From Candidatus Electronema halotolerans (lineage in GTDB: Bacteria; Desulfobacterota; Desulfobulbia; Desulfobulbales; Desulfobulbaceae): 32,000 nt of DNA. This document shows positions 1-8,689 of the stretch, one piece after another. Both the position numbers and the translations under genes were made by a program. The DNA is taken from positions 2,340,001 through 2,372,000 of the forward strand of contig OW818675.1 in NCBI GenBank assembly GCA_942493095.1. The letters run 5' to 3'. The notes beneath the pieces were generated by a model, which searched no databases, was not told where the DNA came from, and saw nothing but the letters and a program-made list of their open reading frames with translations. How positions within the stretch are numbered: the first letter of the stretch is position 1; each line of letters begins with the position of its first letter.

Positions 1-2
1 TC

Positions 3-581
3 AGCTCCACTTGCCCGCACTGCCGGGGCGCAGGTCAGACCATTGCCGACCCCTGCGCTGACTGCAACGGCCAAGGGCTGGTGCGCAAGCGGAAAAAGGT
101 GATGCTGAAAATCCCGGCTGGGGTTGACACTGGCTCGCGGATGCGCCTGACTGGTGAGGGCGAGGGAGGCCGCCGGGGCGGTCGTTCCGGTGATCTCTAT
201 GTGATCATCCATGTCCGCGAGCACGAATATTTTCTCCGCGACGGTCAGACCGTCTTTCTCCGCTATCCGATCTCAATGGCCAAGGCCGCCTTGGGCTGTG
301 AAGTGGATGTGCCCACAGTCAATGGCACGGCCAAGCTCAAGATCAAGGCAGGCACCCAGTCCGGCGACCGCTTCACCCTGCGCGGCGAGGGCATTGTCAG
401 CCTCCGGGGCCGGACTCCGGGCGACATGATCGTGGAGGCGCAGGTCCAGACTCCGACCAATCTGACCACCAGGCAGAAAGAGCTGCTCCAAGAGTTTGAA
501 GGCTTGAATGGCAAAGAGGAGGAAGGCTTTTTCTCCCGGATGCTGCATGGCTTCACAGGCCGGGAAAAGGAGCAGGGGTGA
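3..581 (+). CDS. dnaJ: Chaperone protein DnaJ, C-terminal part (gene starts before window)
   Basis: Frame 3 reads [32 protein letters not shown] (CxxCxGxG zinc-finger repeats), followed by [21 protein letters not shown], typical of the DnaJ C-terminal domain. Confidence 0.97.
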   Translation, partial: SSTCPHCRGAGQTIADPCADCNGQGLVRKRKKVMLKIPAGVDTGSRMRLTGEGEGGRRGGRSGDLYVIIHVREHEYFLRDGQTVFLRYPISMAKAALGCEVDVPTVNGTAKLKIKAGTQSGDRFTLRGEGIVSLRGRTPGDMIVEAQVQTPTNLTTRQKELLQEFEGLNGKEEEGFFSRMLHGFTGREKEQG

Positions 582-1063
582 CTGGCGAATTCAGCCACTT
601 TGATGCTGCCGGGCAGGCGTGGATGGTGGATGTGGGCGCCAAGCCTGAGACCGGACGGCTGGCAGTCGCAGAAGGCCGGATCAGCATGATTCCGGCAGCC
701 TACGAGCTGGTCAAGGCGGGCGGCATGAAAAAAGGCGACGTGCTTGGCGCAGCCCGGATCGCCGGGATCATGGCGGTCAAGCAGACCAGCAGCCTGATTC
801 CCCTCTGTCATCCGCTGGCAGTCAGCGGGGCGGAAGTCAATTTTTCCTTTGATGACGCGAACTGCGCCATTGTGATTGAGGCTGCTGTCCGCATCACCGG
901 CAGAACCGGAGTGGAGATGGAGGCTCTGACCGCAGTGTCGGTCGCGGCCCTCACCATTTACGACATGTGCAAGGCGGTCGATAAGGGCATGGAGATTTCC
1001 CAAATCCGCCTGCTGCGGAAAAGCGGCGGCAGAAGCGGCGATTTCCGCCGGGCGGCAGAATGA
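578..1063 (+). CDS. moaC: Cyclic pyranopterin monophosphate synthase MoaC (GTG start overlapping the dnaJ stop)
   Basis: 161 aa; [58 protein letters not shown] motifs. Confidence 0.96.
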   Translation: MTGEFSHFDAAGQAWMVDVGAKPETGRLAVAEGRISMIPAAYELVKAGGMKKGDVLGAARIAGIMAVKQTSSLIPLCHPLAVSGAEVNFSFDDANCAIVIEAAVRITGRTGVEMEALTAVSVAALTIYDMCKAVDKGMEISQIRLLRKSGGRSGDFRRAAE

Positions 1064-1088
1064 GACCATAAACGAGCAAGGAAGGGTC

Positions 1089-1451
1089 ATGGACAGCGCG
1101 CAGTTGCAGAAATTCAGAGCATTGCTTGAGGATATGAAGCGGGAGATTGTCTCGGATGTTGAGCAGACCATCTCGGAAATGACTGGTCATCAGCTCAACA
1201 CCCCGGACATGGCTGACCGCGCCACGCTGGAGGAGGAGCGCAGCTTTGAGCTGCGCCTGCGCGGCAGGGAGCAGATGCTCTTGGACAAGATCAATCAGGC
1301 CATCGCCCGAATCGACAGCGGCACCTACGGCATCTGCGCCAAGTGTGAGGAGGAGATCGGCATCAAGCGGCTGGAGGCCAGGCCGGTGGCCACCTACTGC
1401 ATTGACTGCAAGATCATGCAGGAGCAGCAGGAAAAAAATATAGGAAGATAA
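1089..1451 (+). CDS. dksA: DksA/TraR-family RNA polymerase-binding zinc-finger protein
   Basis: 120 aa; GTYGICAKCEEEIGIKRLEARPVATYCIDCK (CxxC...CxxC) typical of DksA/TraR. Confidence 0.85.
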   Translation: MDSAQLQKFRALLEDMKREIVSDVEQTISEMTGHQLNTPDMADRATLEEERSFELRLRGREQMLLDKINQAIARIDSGTYGICAKCEEEIGIKRLEARPVATYCIDCKIMQEQQEKNIGR

Positions 1452-1455
1452 GAAC

Positions 1456-2457
1456 ATGCCTGAACTGCGCAAGGACCCCATTCTTGGCCGCTGGATCATC
1501 ATCGCCAAAGAGCGGAGCAAGCGGCCCTCAGACTTTGCTGTGGATGCCCATGAGTCGCAAGGCGGCTTCTGTCCGCTCTGCCCGGAACATGAACGGACCA
1601 CGCCGTCGGAGGTGCTGGTCTATGGCCGCAGCTACGGCATGCCGCCCAACTCGCCGGGCTGGAAGCTGCGGGTGGTGCCGAACAAGTATCCGGCCTTGGT
1701 CATTGAGGGCGAATTAGACAAGCAGGGCGACGGGCTGTATGACCGGATGCACGGCATTGGCGCGCATGAGGTGGTGGTGGAAAGCCCGGATCATGCGGCT
1801 CAGTTCCGTCGGCTGCCTCATGACCAGATGATCCTCACCTTCCGGGCCTTTCAGGAGCGGATCCGCGACTTGGCCAAGGACGAGCGCTTCACCTATGTCA
1901 TGGTTTTCAAAAACAATGGCAAGGCTGCCGGGGCCTCGCTGGAGCATTCCCATTCCCAGCTCGTCGCCCTGCCGGTCATGCCGAGAATGCTGGTCTCAGA
2001 ATTGGACGGCAGCAAGCAGTATTACAGCTACAAGGACCGCTGCGTCTTCTGCGACATCATCCGCCAGGAGATGCAGCAGCAGGTGCGCTTGGTCTGCGAA
2101 AACAGCCGCTTTGTCACCCTGACTCCCTTTGCCCCGCGCACCCCGTTTGAGATGTGGATTCTGCCCAAGAAGCACAGCTCCTCATACATTGAGCAGGACG
2201 AGGCCTCGCTTTCCGATCTGACCCAGATTTTCTCCGAGACCCTGCGGCGGCTGGATGCCTGCATTCCCGGCATCCCTTACAACTTTGTGCTCCATACCCA
2301 GCCGCTGCGCTCCAAACTGCTGGACCATTACCACTGGCACTTTGAGATCGTGCCCAAGCTGACCAGCATCGCCGGTTTTGAATGGGGCACCGGATTCTAC
2401 ATCAATCCCATGCCGCCGGAGGATGCCTGCCGGTATCTCCGGGAAATTCAGCTCTAA
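1456..2457 (+). CDS. galT: Galactose-1-phosphate uridylyltransferase
   Basis: 333 aa; MPELRKDPILGRWIIIAKERSKRPSDF, CPLCPEHE, NNGKAAGASLEHSHSQLVALP (HxH active site). Confidence 0.93.
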   Translation: MPELRKDPILGRWIIIAKERSKRPSDFAVDAHESQGGFCPLCPEHERTTPSEVLVYGRSYGMPPNSPGWKLRVVPNKYPALVIEGELDKQGDGLYDRMHGIGAHEVVVESPDHAAQFRRLPHDQMILTFRAFQERIRDLAKDERFTYVMVFKNNGKAAGASLEHSHSQLVALPVMPRMLVSELDGSKQYYSYKDRCVFCDIIRQEMQQQVRLVCENSRFVTLTPFAPRTPFEMWILPKKHSSSYIEQDEASLSDLTQIFSETLRRLDACIPGIPYNFVLHTQPLRSKLLDHYHWHFEIVPKLTSIAGFEWGTGFYINPMPPEDACRYLREIQL

Positions 2458-2472
2458 AAAGGAGAAGCTCCT

Positions 2473-2829
2473 GTGGAAGCAAAGAAGATTCTGATTGTTG
2501 ACGATGAGGAGGGCATCCGGCTGCTCTATCAGGAGGAGCTGGAAATGGATGGCTTTGCTGTGGAAACAGCCAAGAACGGCGATCAGGCCTTGGAGAAATT
2601 CAAGGCTGCGCCGCCGGATTTGGTCATCTTGGACATCAACATGCCGGGCATGAACGGCATTGAGGTCCTGCGGCAGATGAAGAGTCATAATGCTGCCCTG
2701 CCGGTCATTCTCAGCTCGGCCTATCCTGAATACAAGCAGGATTTCGGTGCGTGGGCCTCGGAGGAGTACATTGTCAAATCAGCCAACATGAATGAGCTGA
2801 AAGCGGCAGTGCATAAGCATCTGGACTGA
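2473..2829 (+). CDS. Single-domain (receiver-only) response regulator, GTG start
   Basis: 118 aa; ILIVDDEEGIRLLYQEEL, DLVILDINMPGMNGIEVL, PVILSSAYPE receiver motifs; no output domain. Confidence 0.9.
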   Translation: MEAKKILIVDDEEGIRLLYQEELEMDGFAVETAKNGDQALEKFKAAPPDLVILDINMPGMNGIEVLRQMKSHNAALPVILSSAYPEYKQDFGAWASEEYIVKSANMNELKAAVHKHLD

Positions 2830-2880
2830 GCCGCCGTTCCGGCAGTTGAGCGCAACCCTTTTCTACTTCAGGCTTCTTTT

Positions 2881-4746
2881 TTGCGGAAAATCGCTTTTTT
2901 ATGCCGCTGGTTCTGGCGTTTCACCGCCGTTGCAAGCATCCTTTTCACCAGCTGCGTTCTCCTCTTTTTCTTTTTCCTGATTTTTGGCGCAGCCTCGCTC
3001 CAGCACCGCATGCACGCGGAAGGAGTGCGGGTGCCAGACGGCTGCGCCTTGGTGCTGGCTCCGCCGGGCAGCATTCTGGAAAAGCAGCCGGAGATGGATC
3101 CGGTGACAGAGCTGGCCGGGCTGCTCAATGATGAAGCCCCGCCCCGGCCCCTGCTGCTGGAGGATATTGTCAGCGGTCTGCGGGCGGCGGCCAAGGACAG
3201 CCGGATCAAGGTGCTGGTCATTGCTCCGCAGCAGCTGGAGCAGGCCGGACTGGACCAGCTCCGTGACATTGGCCAGGCCATTGCCCAGTTCAAGGCCAGC
3301 GGCAAGCGGGTGATCGCGGCGGCGGACAGCTACAGCCAAGGGCAATATTATCTTGCCTCGTGGAGCGATGAGATTTACTTGCAGCCAATGGGTTCGGTTG
3401 ACCTGCACGGCTTTGGAGTCTTCAATCTCTATCTGCGCGAGCTGCTCGACAAGCTGGCTGTCAATTTTCACGTCTTCCGGGTCGGCGAATTCAAGGCCGC
3501 AGTGGAGCCGCTGCTCCGCAAGGACATGTCGCCAGAGGCCAAGGAGAACAGCCGCCGCTGGCTGACCCGGCTCTGGGAGCGATTCTGCGCTGACATTGCC
3601 AAGCAGCGCGGCATCACTCCGGCGGCAGTGCATGGGGCGGCGGATCAGCTTGTTGAGAAGCTTGAGGCGGCAAACGGCGACGCAGCCCTGATGGCCCTGC
3701 AAAGTCATCTGGTTGACGGCCTGAAAACTGCTGCTGAAATGCGCGGCTATCTGCAAGGTCTGACCGGCAGGAGCAGCAAGGAGGATGAGGGCTTCCGCCA
3801 GATCGACTTTGCCGACTATGTTGACGCGGTCAAGACCGCCTACAGCGAGCCGCTGACTGGCAAGGACCGGGTGGCGATTCTGCCCATGCAGGGCGATATT
3901 GTCTATGGCCCAGGCGCGGACGGCCAGATCGGCTCGGCCAGCATCAGCAAGAAACTCCGCAAGCTGCGTCAGAACCCGCATGTCAGGGCTGTGGTTCTGC
4001 GTATTGACAGCGGCGGCGGCAGTGCCTTTGCCTCAGAACTCATCCGCCAGGAACTGCTGCTTCTGCGCAAGGCAGGCAAGCCGGTGGTGGTTTCAATGGG
4101 ATCAATGGCCGCCTCCGGGGCCTACTGGATATCAGCGGCGGCAGACCGGATATTCGCCTCGCCCTGCACCATCACCGGCTCCATCGGCATCTTTGGTGTG
4201 GTGCCCACCTTTGAAAAGACTTTGGCCAAGGCAGGCATTTTCAGCGACGGCATCGGCACCACTGAGCTGGCCAGCGCGGACAGCGTTCTCATGCCCCTGC
4301 CCGAATCCTTCAGCCAGGCCATGCAGGCCCAGATTGAGCACGGATATCGTCAGTTCATCAACATTGTTGCTGATGGCCGGAAGATGAACCACGAGGATGT
4401 GGAGAAGATTGCGGGCGGCAGGGTCTGGGACGGAGCCGCCGCCTTTGAGCTGGGCTTGGCTGACCGGCTCGGCAGTCTTGAAGATGCAGTTGCGGCGGCA
4501 GCCAAGATGGTCGGTCTGCCTGCGGATCAAGCCGCTTATGTCAAAGAGAAGCAAAGCCCGGCAGAGCTGTTCCTGCGCAGCCTGCGCTCGGCCCGAACCG
4601 CCCTCTTTGCCAGCAATGACCCGCTGCTGGGCCGGGCCGGGCAGCTTGTCCGCCGGTTCAAGGCCCAGCACGAGTTTCTTCTCCGCAAGGACCCGCAGCA
4701 AATTTACAGCCACTGCCTCCTGCCCTTTTCCCTGCTGCTTTTCTGA
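2881..4746 (+). CDS. sppA: Signal peptide peptidase SppA, 67K-like form, TTG start
   Basis: 621 aa; N-terminal membrane anchor, GFGVFNLYLRELLDKL, VRAVVLRIDSGGGSAFASELI, VVSMGSMAASGAYWISAAADRI, TITGSIGIFG. Confidence 0.92.
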   Translation: MRKIAFLCRWFWRFTAVASILFTSCVLLFFFFLIFGAASLQHRMHAEGVRVPDGCALVLAPPGSILEKQPEMDPVTELAGLLNDEAPPRPLLLEDIVSGLRAAAKDSRIKVLVIAPQQLEQAGLDQLRDIGQAIAQFKASGKRVIAAADSYSQGQYYLASWSDEIYLQPMGSVDLHGFGVFNLYLRELLDKLAVNFHVFRVGEFKAAVEPLLRKDMSPEAKENSRRWLTRLWERFCADIAKQRGITPAAVHGAADQLVEKLEAANGDAALMALQSHLVDGLKTAAEMRGYLQGLTGRSSKEDEGFRQIDFADYVDAVKTAYSEPLTGKDRVAILPMQGDIVYGPGADGQIGSASISKKLRKLRQNPHVRAVVLRIDSGGGSAFASELIRQELLLLRKAGKPVVVSMGSMAASGAYWISAAADRIFASPCTITGSIGIFGVVPTFEKTLAKAGIFSDGIGTTELASADSVLMPLPESFSQAMQAQIEHGYRQFINIVADGRKMNHEDVEKIAGGRVWDGAAAFELGLADRLGSLEDAVAAAAKMVGLPADQAAYVKEKQSPAELFLRSLRSARTALFASNDPLLGRAGQLVRRFKAQHEFLLRKDPQQIYSHCLLPFSLLLF

Positions 4747-4752
4747 AAGCTG

Positions 4753-5718
4753 ATGGCTGATGCTGCTGCCGCGTTGCTGCTGCTCTGGCACAAATTGGGC
4801 TGGCCGCTCTGCAAGCTGCTGCTCACTATTTCCGTCAGCCTGCTGCTCGCCTGCCTGATCGAGTCCCTGAACTGGACCCGCAGACTGTCTGCCGTGGCCG
4901 CGCCAGTTGTCCGTTTCGCCCGCCTTTCCGACACCAGCGGCGCAGCCTTTTCCTTGGCCTTCTTTTCCGGGGTGGCAGCCAACACCATGCTGGCCGAGGC
5001 ATACGAAAAAGAGCGCATCAGCCGCCGTGAGCTGCTTTTGGCCAATGTCTTCAACAGCCTGCCCACCTATTTTCTTCATCTGCCGACCACCTTTTTCATC
5101 GCGTTTCCCTTGATCAAAGGTGCGGCCTTTATTTATGTCGGCCTGACCGCCGGGGCCGCCTTTCTCCGCACTGCCGGGGTCTCGGTCCTCAGCCGCTTCC
5201 TGCTGCCAAGCAGGCAGTCTGAAGGCATGGCTTCAGAGCAGGGCGAGGCAACTGGCTGGCACGTTGCTTGGAAACGGGCTGTGCAGCGCTTCCGCAAGCG
5301 CATCCGCAAGATCATCCTCTTCACCGCCCCAATCTATGTCCTGTTCTTTGCCCTGACTGAGGCAGGCTTTTTCCTTATGCTGGAGCGATTCATGGCCGCG
5401 CATCTGGCCTTTCTCTCCTGGCTCTCGCCCAAAGCGGTGTCAATCATCGCCCTTCAGATCATGGCTGAATTCACTGCCGGGCTGGGCGCGGCAGGCGCGC
5501 TGCTTCAAGACGGCAGCATGGAGGCCAAGCAGGTGATTCTCGCCCTGCTGATCGGCAACATTCTCTCCTCGCCAGTGCGCGCCCTGCGGCATCAGTTCCC
5601 CTATTACGCAGGCATTTTCCAACCCCGCACCGCCCTCCTGCTGATTTCCTGCAGCCAAGGCTTCCGGGCGGTGTCCATTATCCTTGCCGCCCTGCTCTAT
5701 TGGTTTCTCAGCTTTTAA
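4753..5718 (+). CDS. Nucleoside-recognition (Gate) domain membrane protein
   Basis: 321 aa hydrophobic protein; spore-maturation/nucleoside-recognition-like pattern (GVAANTMLAEAYEKERISRRELLLANVFNSLPTYFLHLPTTFF). Confidence 0.65.
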   Translation: MADAAAALLLLWHKLGWPLCKLLLTISVSLLLACLIESLNWTRRLSAVAAPVVRFARLSDTSGAAFSLAFFSGVAANTMLAEAYEKERISRRELLLANVFNSLPTYFLHLPTTFFIAFPLIKGAAFIYVGLTAGAAFLRTAGVSVLSRFLLPSRQSEGMASEQGEATGWHVAWKRAVQRFRKRIRKIILFTAPIYVLFFALTEAGFFLMLERFMAAHLAFLSWLSPKAVSIIALQIMAEFTAGLGAAGALLQDGSMEAKQVILALLIGNILSSPVRALRHQFPYYAGIFQPRTALLLISCSQGFRAVSIILAALLYWFLSF

Positions 5719-5737
5719 AAATTTTGGCAAAAAAGTG

Positions 5738-5766
5738 TTGACAGCACCGAATAAGTGTGATAAGAG
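5738..5766 (+). promoter_or_regulatory. Candidate sigma70 promoter: TTGACA (5738-5743), 17 nt spacer, TAAGAG (5761-5766)
   Basis: Perfect -35 consensus, 17 nt spacing, weak -10, upstream of the low-GC secreted-protein gene. Confidence 0.5.
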
Positions 5767-5767
5767 G

Positions 5768-5783
5768 ATAGACAACCGTCTAT
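5768..5783. promoter_or_regulatory. Short perfect palindrome ATAGAC-AACC-GTCTAT just after the candidate -10; possible operator
   Basis: Exact 6 bp inverted repeat with 4 nt spacer placed where transcription would start. Confidence 0.35.
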
Positions 5784-5809
5784 TTTATCAATCAAAAGGA
5801 GGAGTAGAA

Positions 5810-7603
5810 ATGAAACAGAAAACAATTGTTAAAATTTCTGTGCTATTGCTGGCATTGCCCGCAACAGCGGTTGCTGACTACATTGACACCACCGGCCCTA
5901 CCGGTCACTATTATGAATACGCTGTTTTTACCACAAGTGACGGGAGTGGTTATAAAGGGGGGAACGATGTGGATGCCTATGGAGATCTAATATACGTCAA
6001 TCGCTCAGGAGGGAATCTTGATGTCTATCAGGTGACATTATTAGATAGTGACGGAGATGGAGTAGCGGAGCCGGATCAGCATCCGAACAATATCGGCCCG
6101 GATGAAGTCGCTGGTACTGCCGACGATCAGATAGGCCCGATGGAGGAAAGGACACTGACCTATTTGCGAACCTATTCTATCCCGGAGTTATCCTCCCCCT
6201 CTGTAGGCGAATTGTATGCCGCTGCCGACAGAATATATTTCCTAGGCCAAGATGAAGGTGATGTTTACCAGTATGTATTTGCGACAAATGTTACCTCAAA
6301 GGTGGTTGATTCTCCGTATTTCAACCTTTCTCAGCTTGGTTACGATGATGTTAATCACGTATGGTATGCATCCAGAGAATCCGAAAGAACCGTTTACAGT
6401 TGGAACGGCACAGCTTGGGTGCCGTGCTTTACATATCAATCTTTAGCGGGTGGCCACATGGATGGCTTGGAGGTAATCACTGACAAAACTGGTACGCCTT
6501 ATGTTTATGTCTCGGACATGACATCAGACTATATCGGACAGTGGAAATATGATTCTGATACAAGTTCTTGGAAAGAAGAAAATCTTTTTGCATATACAGA
6601 TGCAACTGGAGCTGATGTTGAAGGAATGGGATTCGGTGCGTTGAACCACATCTGGGTGACAAGTTGGGACTCTCTTTATGAACTTGGCGGCGGTAAACTT
6701 GGTGAGTATTTAGGTGGTGATTTTTCCGTAGATGACGGGGGAGAGTGTATACCTGCAAACAGCACGGACATCACCTATACTGCCAGCTATAAAAATAAAG
6801 CTGATATAGATATAGAAGGAGTTCAAGTAGCTCATACTGGCGGCACTTGGGGAGGCACATCTCAGAATTGGACTATAGGAGATGTTGCATCCCAAGAAAC
6901 CGGTTCAACTGCAATGACAGTGCCTCTGTCGCCTCCTCTTGTTTCGGACTCTACCTTTTTCAATCAGTTCACTATGACAAGCACAACGCCGGGTGTGCCA
7001 GAACAAACTGCAACTGTAACAACCAAGGTTTGTAAGAACCAAATTCCGGTTGCAAAGTGCAAGGATATTGAAACATCGCTTGATGCAACCGGCAAGGTGA
7101 CGATTTCACCAGCAGACATTGATAACGGCTCGTATGATCCTGATGATGATCCTATCAGCTTGAGCATTTCCAAATCCAAGTTCACCTGTTCTGATGTTGG
7201 TGTGCAGAATTTCATCACATTGACTGTAACAGATGATAGCGGCGCATCGGACTCCTGCGTGGCCAAAGTGACGACCGTTGATGACCTTCCACCAGTTGTC
7301 AAAGCAAAAAACATCAGCATTTTGCTTGATGAAACAACCAAAACCGCAGTCATCGACGCAGATGATGTTGATGATGGTTCAACAGACAACTGCTGCATAG
7401 CCTCCAAGAGCATCAGCAAGAGCGAGTTCACCTATACCGATCTCACCATTGGCTTGAGGCCTCCCCAGACAATTACACTGACGGTCACTGATTGCAATGG
7501 CAACAGCAGCAGCGCAACAGCGGCTGTCACAGTGCAAACCGAAAGGTTGCGGCAAAGGCAAATTTTAAAGAGCAGGGAGGGGATGGGCATCAGGAGGAGG
7601 TAA
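5810..7603 (+). CDS. Secreted surface protein: Sec signal peptide, beta-propeller-like N-terminal region, two HYR/Ig-like repeats
   Basis: Good Shine-Dalgarno (AAAGGAGGAG) before ATG 5810; MKQKTIVKISVLLLALPATAVADYI signal peptide; repeats PVAKCKDIETSLDATGKVTI...FITLTVTDDSGASDSCVAKVTTV and PVVKAKNISILLDETTKTAVI...TITLTVTDCNGNSSSATAAVTV. Confidence 0.75.
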   Translation: MKQKTIVKISVLLLALPATAVADYIDTTGPTGHYYEYAVFTTSDGSGYKGGNDVDAYGDLIYVNRSGGNLDVYQVTLLDSDGDGVAEPDQHPNNIGPDEVAGTADDQIGPMEERTLTYLRTYSIPELSSPSVGELYAAADRIYFLGQDEGDVYQYVFATNVTSKVVDSPYFNLSQLGYDDVNHVWYASRESERTVYSWNGTAWVPCFTYQSLAGGHMDGLEVITDKTGTPYVYVSDMTSDYIGQWKYDSDTSSWKEENLFAYTDATGADVEGMGFGALNHIWVTSWDSLYELGGGKLGEYLGGDFSVDDGGECIPANSTDITYTASYKNKADIDIEGVQVAHTGGTWGGTSQNWTIGDVASQETGSTAMTVPLSPPLVSDSTFFNQFTMTSTTPGVPEQTATVTTKVCKNQIPVAKCKDIETSLDATGKVTISPADIDNGSYDPDDDPISLSISKSKFTCSDVGVQNFITLTVTDDSGASDSCVAKVTTVDDLPPVVKAKNISILLDETTKTAVIDADDVDDGSTDNCCIASKSISKSEFTYTDLTIGLRPPQTITLTVTDCNGNSSSATAAVTVQTERLRQRQILKSREGMGIRRR

Positions 7604-7632
7604 AAGCATCTTCCTTCCACATAACTTGCTGC

Positions 7633-7668
7633 ATAGCAGAGACTGTTTTCAGTCTCTGCTATTTTTTT
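7633..7668 (+). terminator. Rho-independent terminator
   Basis: ATAGCAGAGACTG-TTTT-CAGTCTCTGCTAT followed by a T run; perfect 13 bp stem. Confidence 0.9.
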
Positions 7669-7793
7669 GCTCTGTTCAGGCAAGTTAACACAAAGAATTC
7701 ATTACTCTTGTTATCAATAAACACGAACACCGGGAAGTCATGCACCGATCAGCCAGCCTCCATGCTTCTCCATACAGCACAGAATCACCGCCC

Positions 7794-8648
7794 ATGACCA
7801 GCATTCCTTGGCCTGCGCATCTTGCCCTGATCAGCATCGCCGGACTTGTCGGCTGGCTGGAGGCAAGGCGGCTGGCCACAAAATATCCCGGCAGCAGGCT
7901 GGAGGACATCCTGCGTCGATCATTCCACCTCTATGTGCTGCTGCCACTTTTCCTGCTCCTCCTTCTCGGCAGCCTGCTTCTCCAGCAAATGCGGCAGGTT
8001 TTCTGGGACTTGCCCCTCTGGCTGCAATACTGGAGCAGCGCGCTGACGTGGGGCGGCATCCTCGTCATCTTCCTCCTGCTCTTCAGCCTGATTCTGCCGC
8101 TCGCCTTCCGCCTCCGCCATCAGGATCGGCACAAGATGGCGGTGGTGGCTGTCCTCTTTATTGCCGCCTTGGAAGGGCTGATGCAGTTTCTCACCCGCCC
8201 GCTTGCCCCGCAGCTAACGCGGCAGGAGAACCGGGACGGCATCATCATGCAGTCCAGTCCCTCAAGCTGCGTCCCGGCCAGCGCAGCCAACCTGCTCAGA
8301 CTGTATGGCATGGAGAGAAGCGAGCCGGAACTGGCCGCGCTCTTTGGCAGCACATTGTTGAGCGGCACCTCGGCGGCCCAGCTCATTTACGGCATGAGGC
8401 AGCTCGGCATCCACGGCCAGAGGCGGTATGCGCCTGACCGCGACATCAGCAAAATCAAGGCTCCGGCCATGCTCTTTGTTGATTATGCAGGCACGGAGAA
8501 TCATGCCGTGGCCCTGCTCCGCGCTGATCAGGAGAGCGTGGAGCTGGCTGATCCGCTTGTCGGCAGAAAGCGGATCACGCCCAAGGAACTGCGAAAAGTC
8601 TGGCACGGCAGGGCGGTGGAGTTTTCCCTGTCAAGGCAGGGCTGCTGA
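7794..8648 (+). CDS. Membrane-anchored C39-like cysteine peptidase domain protein (ORF could start at 7740)
   Basis: Several N-terminal hydrophobic helices, then MQSSPSSCVPASAANLLRLYG (Cys), TENHAVALL (His), VELADPLVG (Asp), the C39/bacteriocin-peptidase layout. Confidence 0.6.
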   Translation: MTSIPWPAHLALISIAGLVGWLEARRLATKYPGSRLEDILRRSFHLYVLLPLFLLLLLGSLLLQQMRQVFWDLPLWLQYWSSALTWGGILVIFLLLFSLILPLAFRLRHQDRHKMAVVAVLFIAALEGLMQFLTRPLAPQLTRQENRDGIIMQSSPSSCVPASAANLLRLYGMERSEPELAALFGSTLLSGTSAAQLIYGMRQLGIHGQRRYAPDRDISKIKAPAMLFVDYAGTENHAVALLRADQESVELADPLVGRKRITPKELRKVWHGRAVEFSLSRQGC

Positions 8649-8689
8649 ATCCCGCATCGACCAAGCTGCCACTGCGACCCCAGCGGGAA

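Noticed and set aside
263-1171. 302-aa minus-strand ORF opposite dnaJ/moaC
   Set aside because: Shadow of three well-supported plus-strand genes.
2899-3981. 360-aa minus-strand ORF opposite sppA
   Set aside because: Antisense shadow ORF in GC-rich coding sequence; the plus-strand SppA is unmistakable.
4132-5079. 315-aa minus-strand ORF across the sppA/nucleoside-recognition junction
   Set aside because: Spans two plus-strand genes and shows no recognisable domain.
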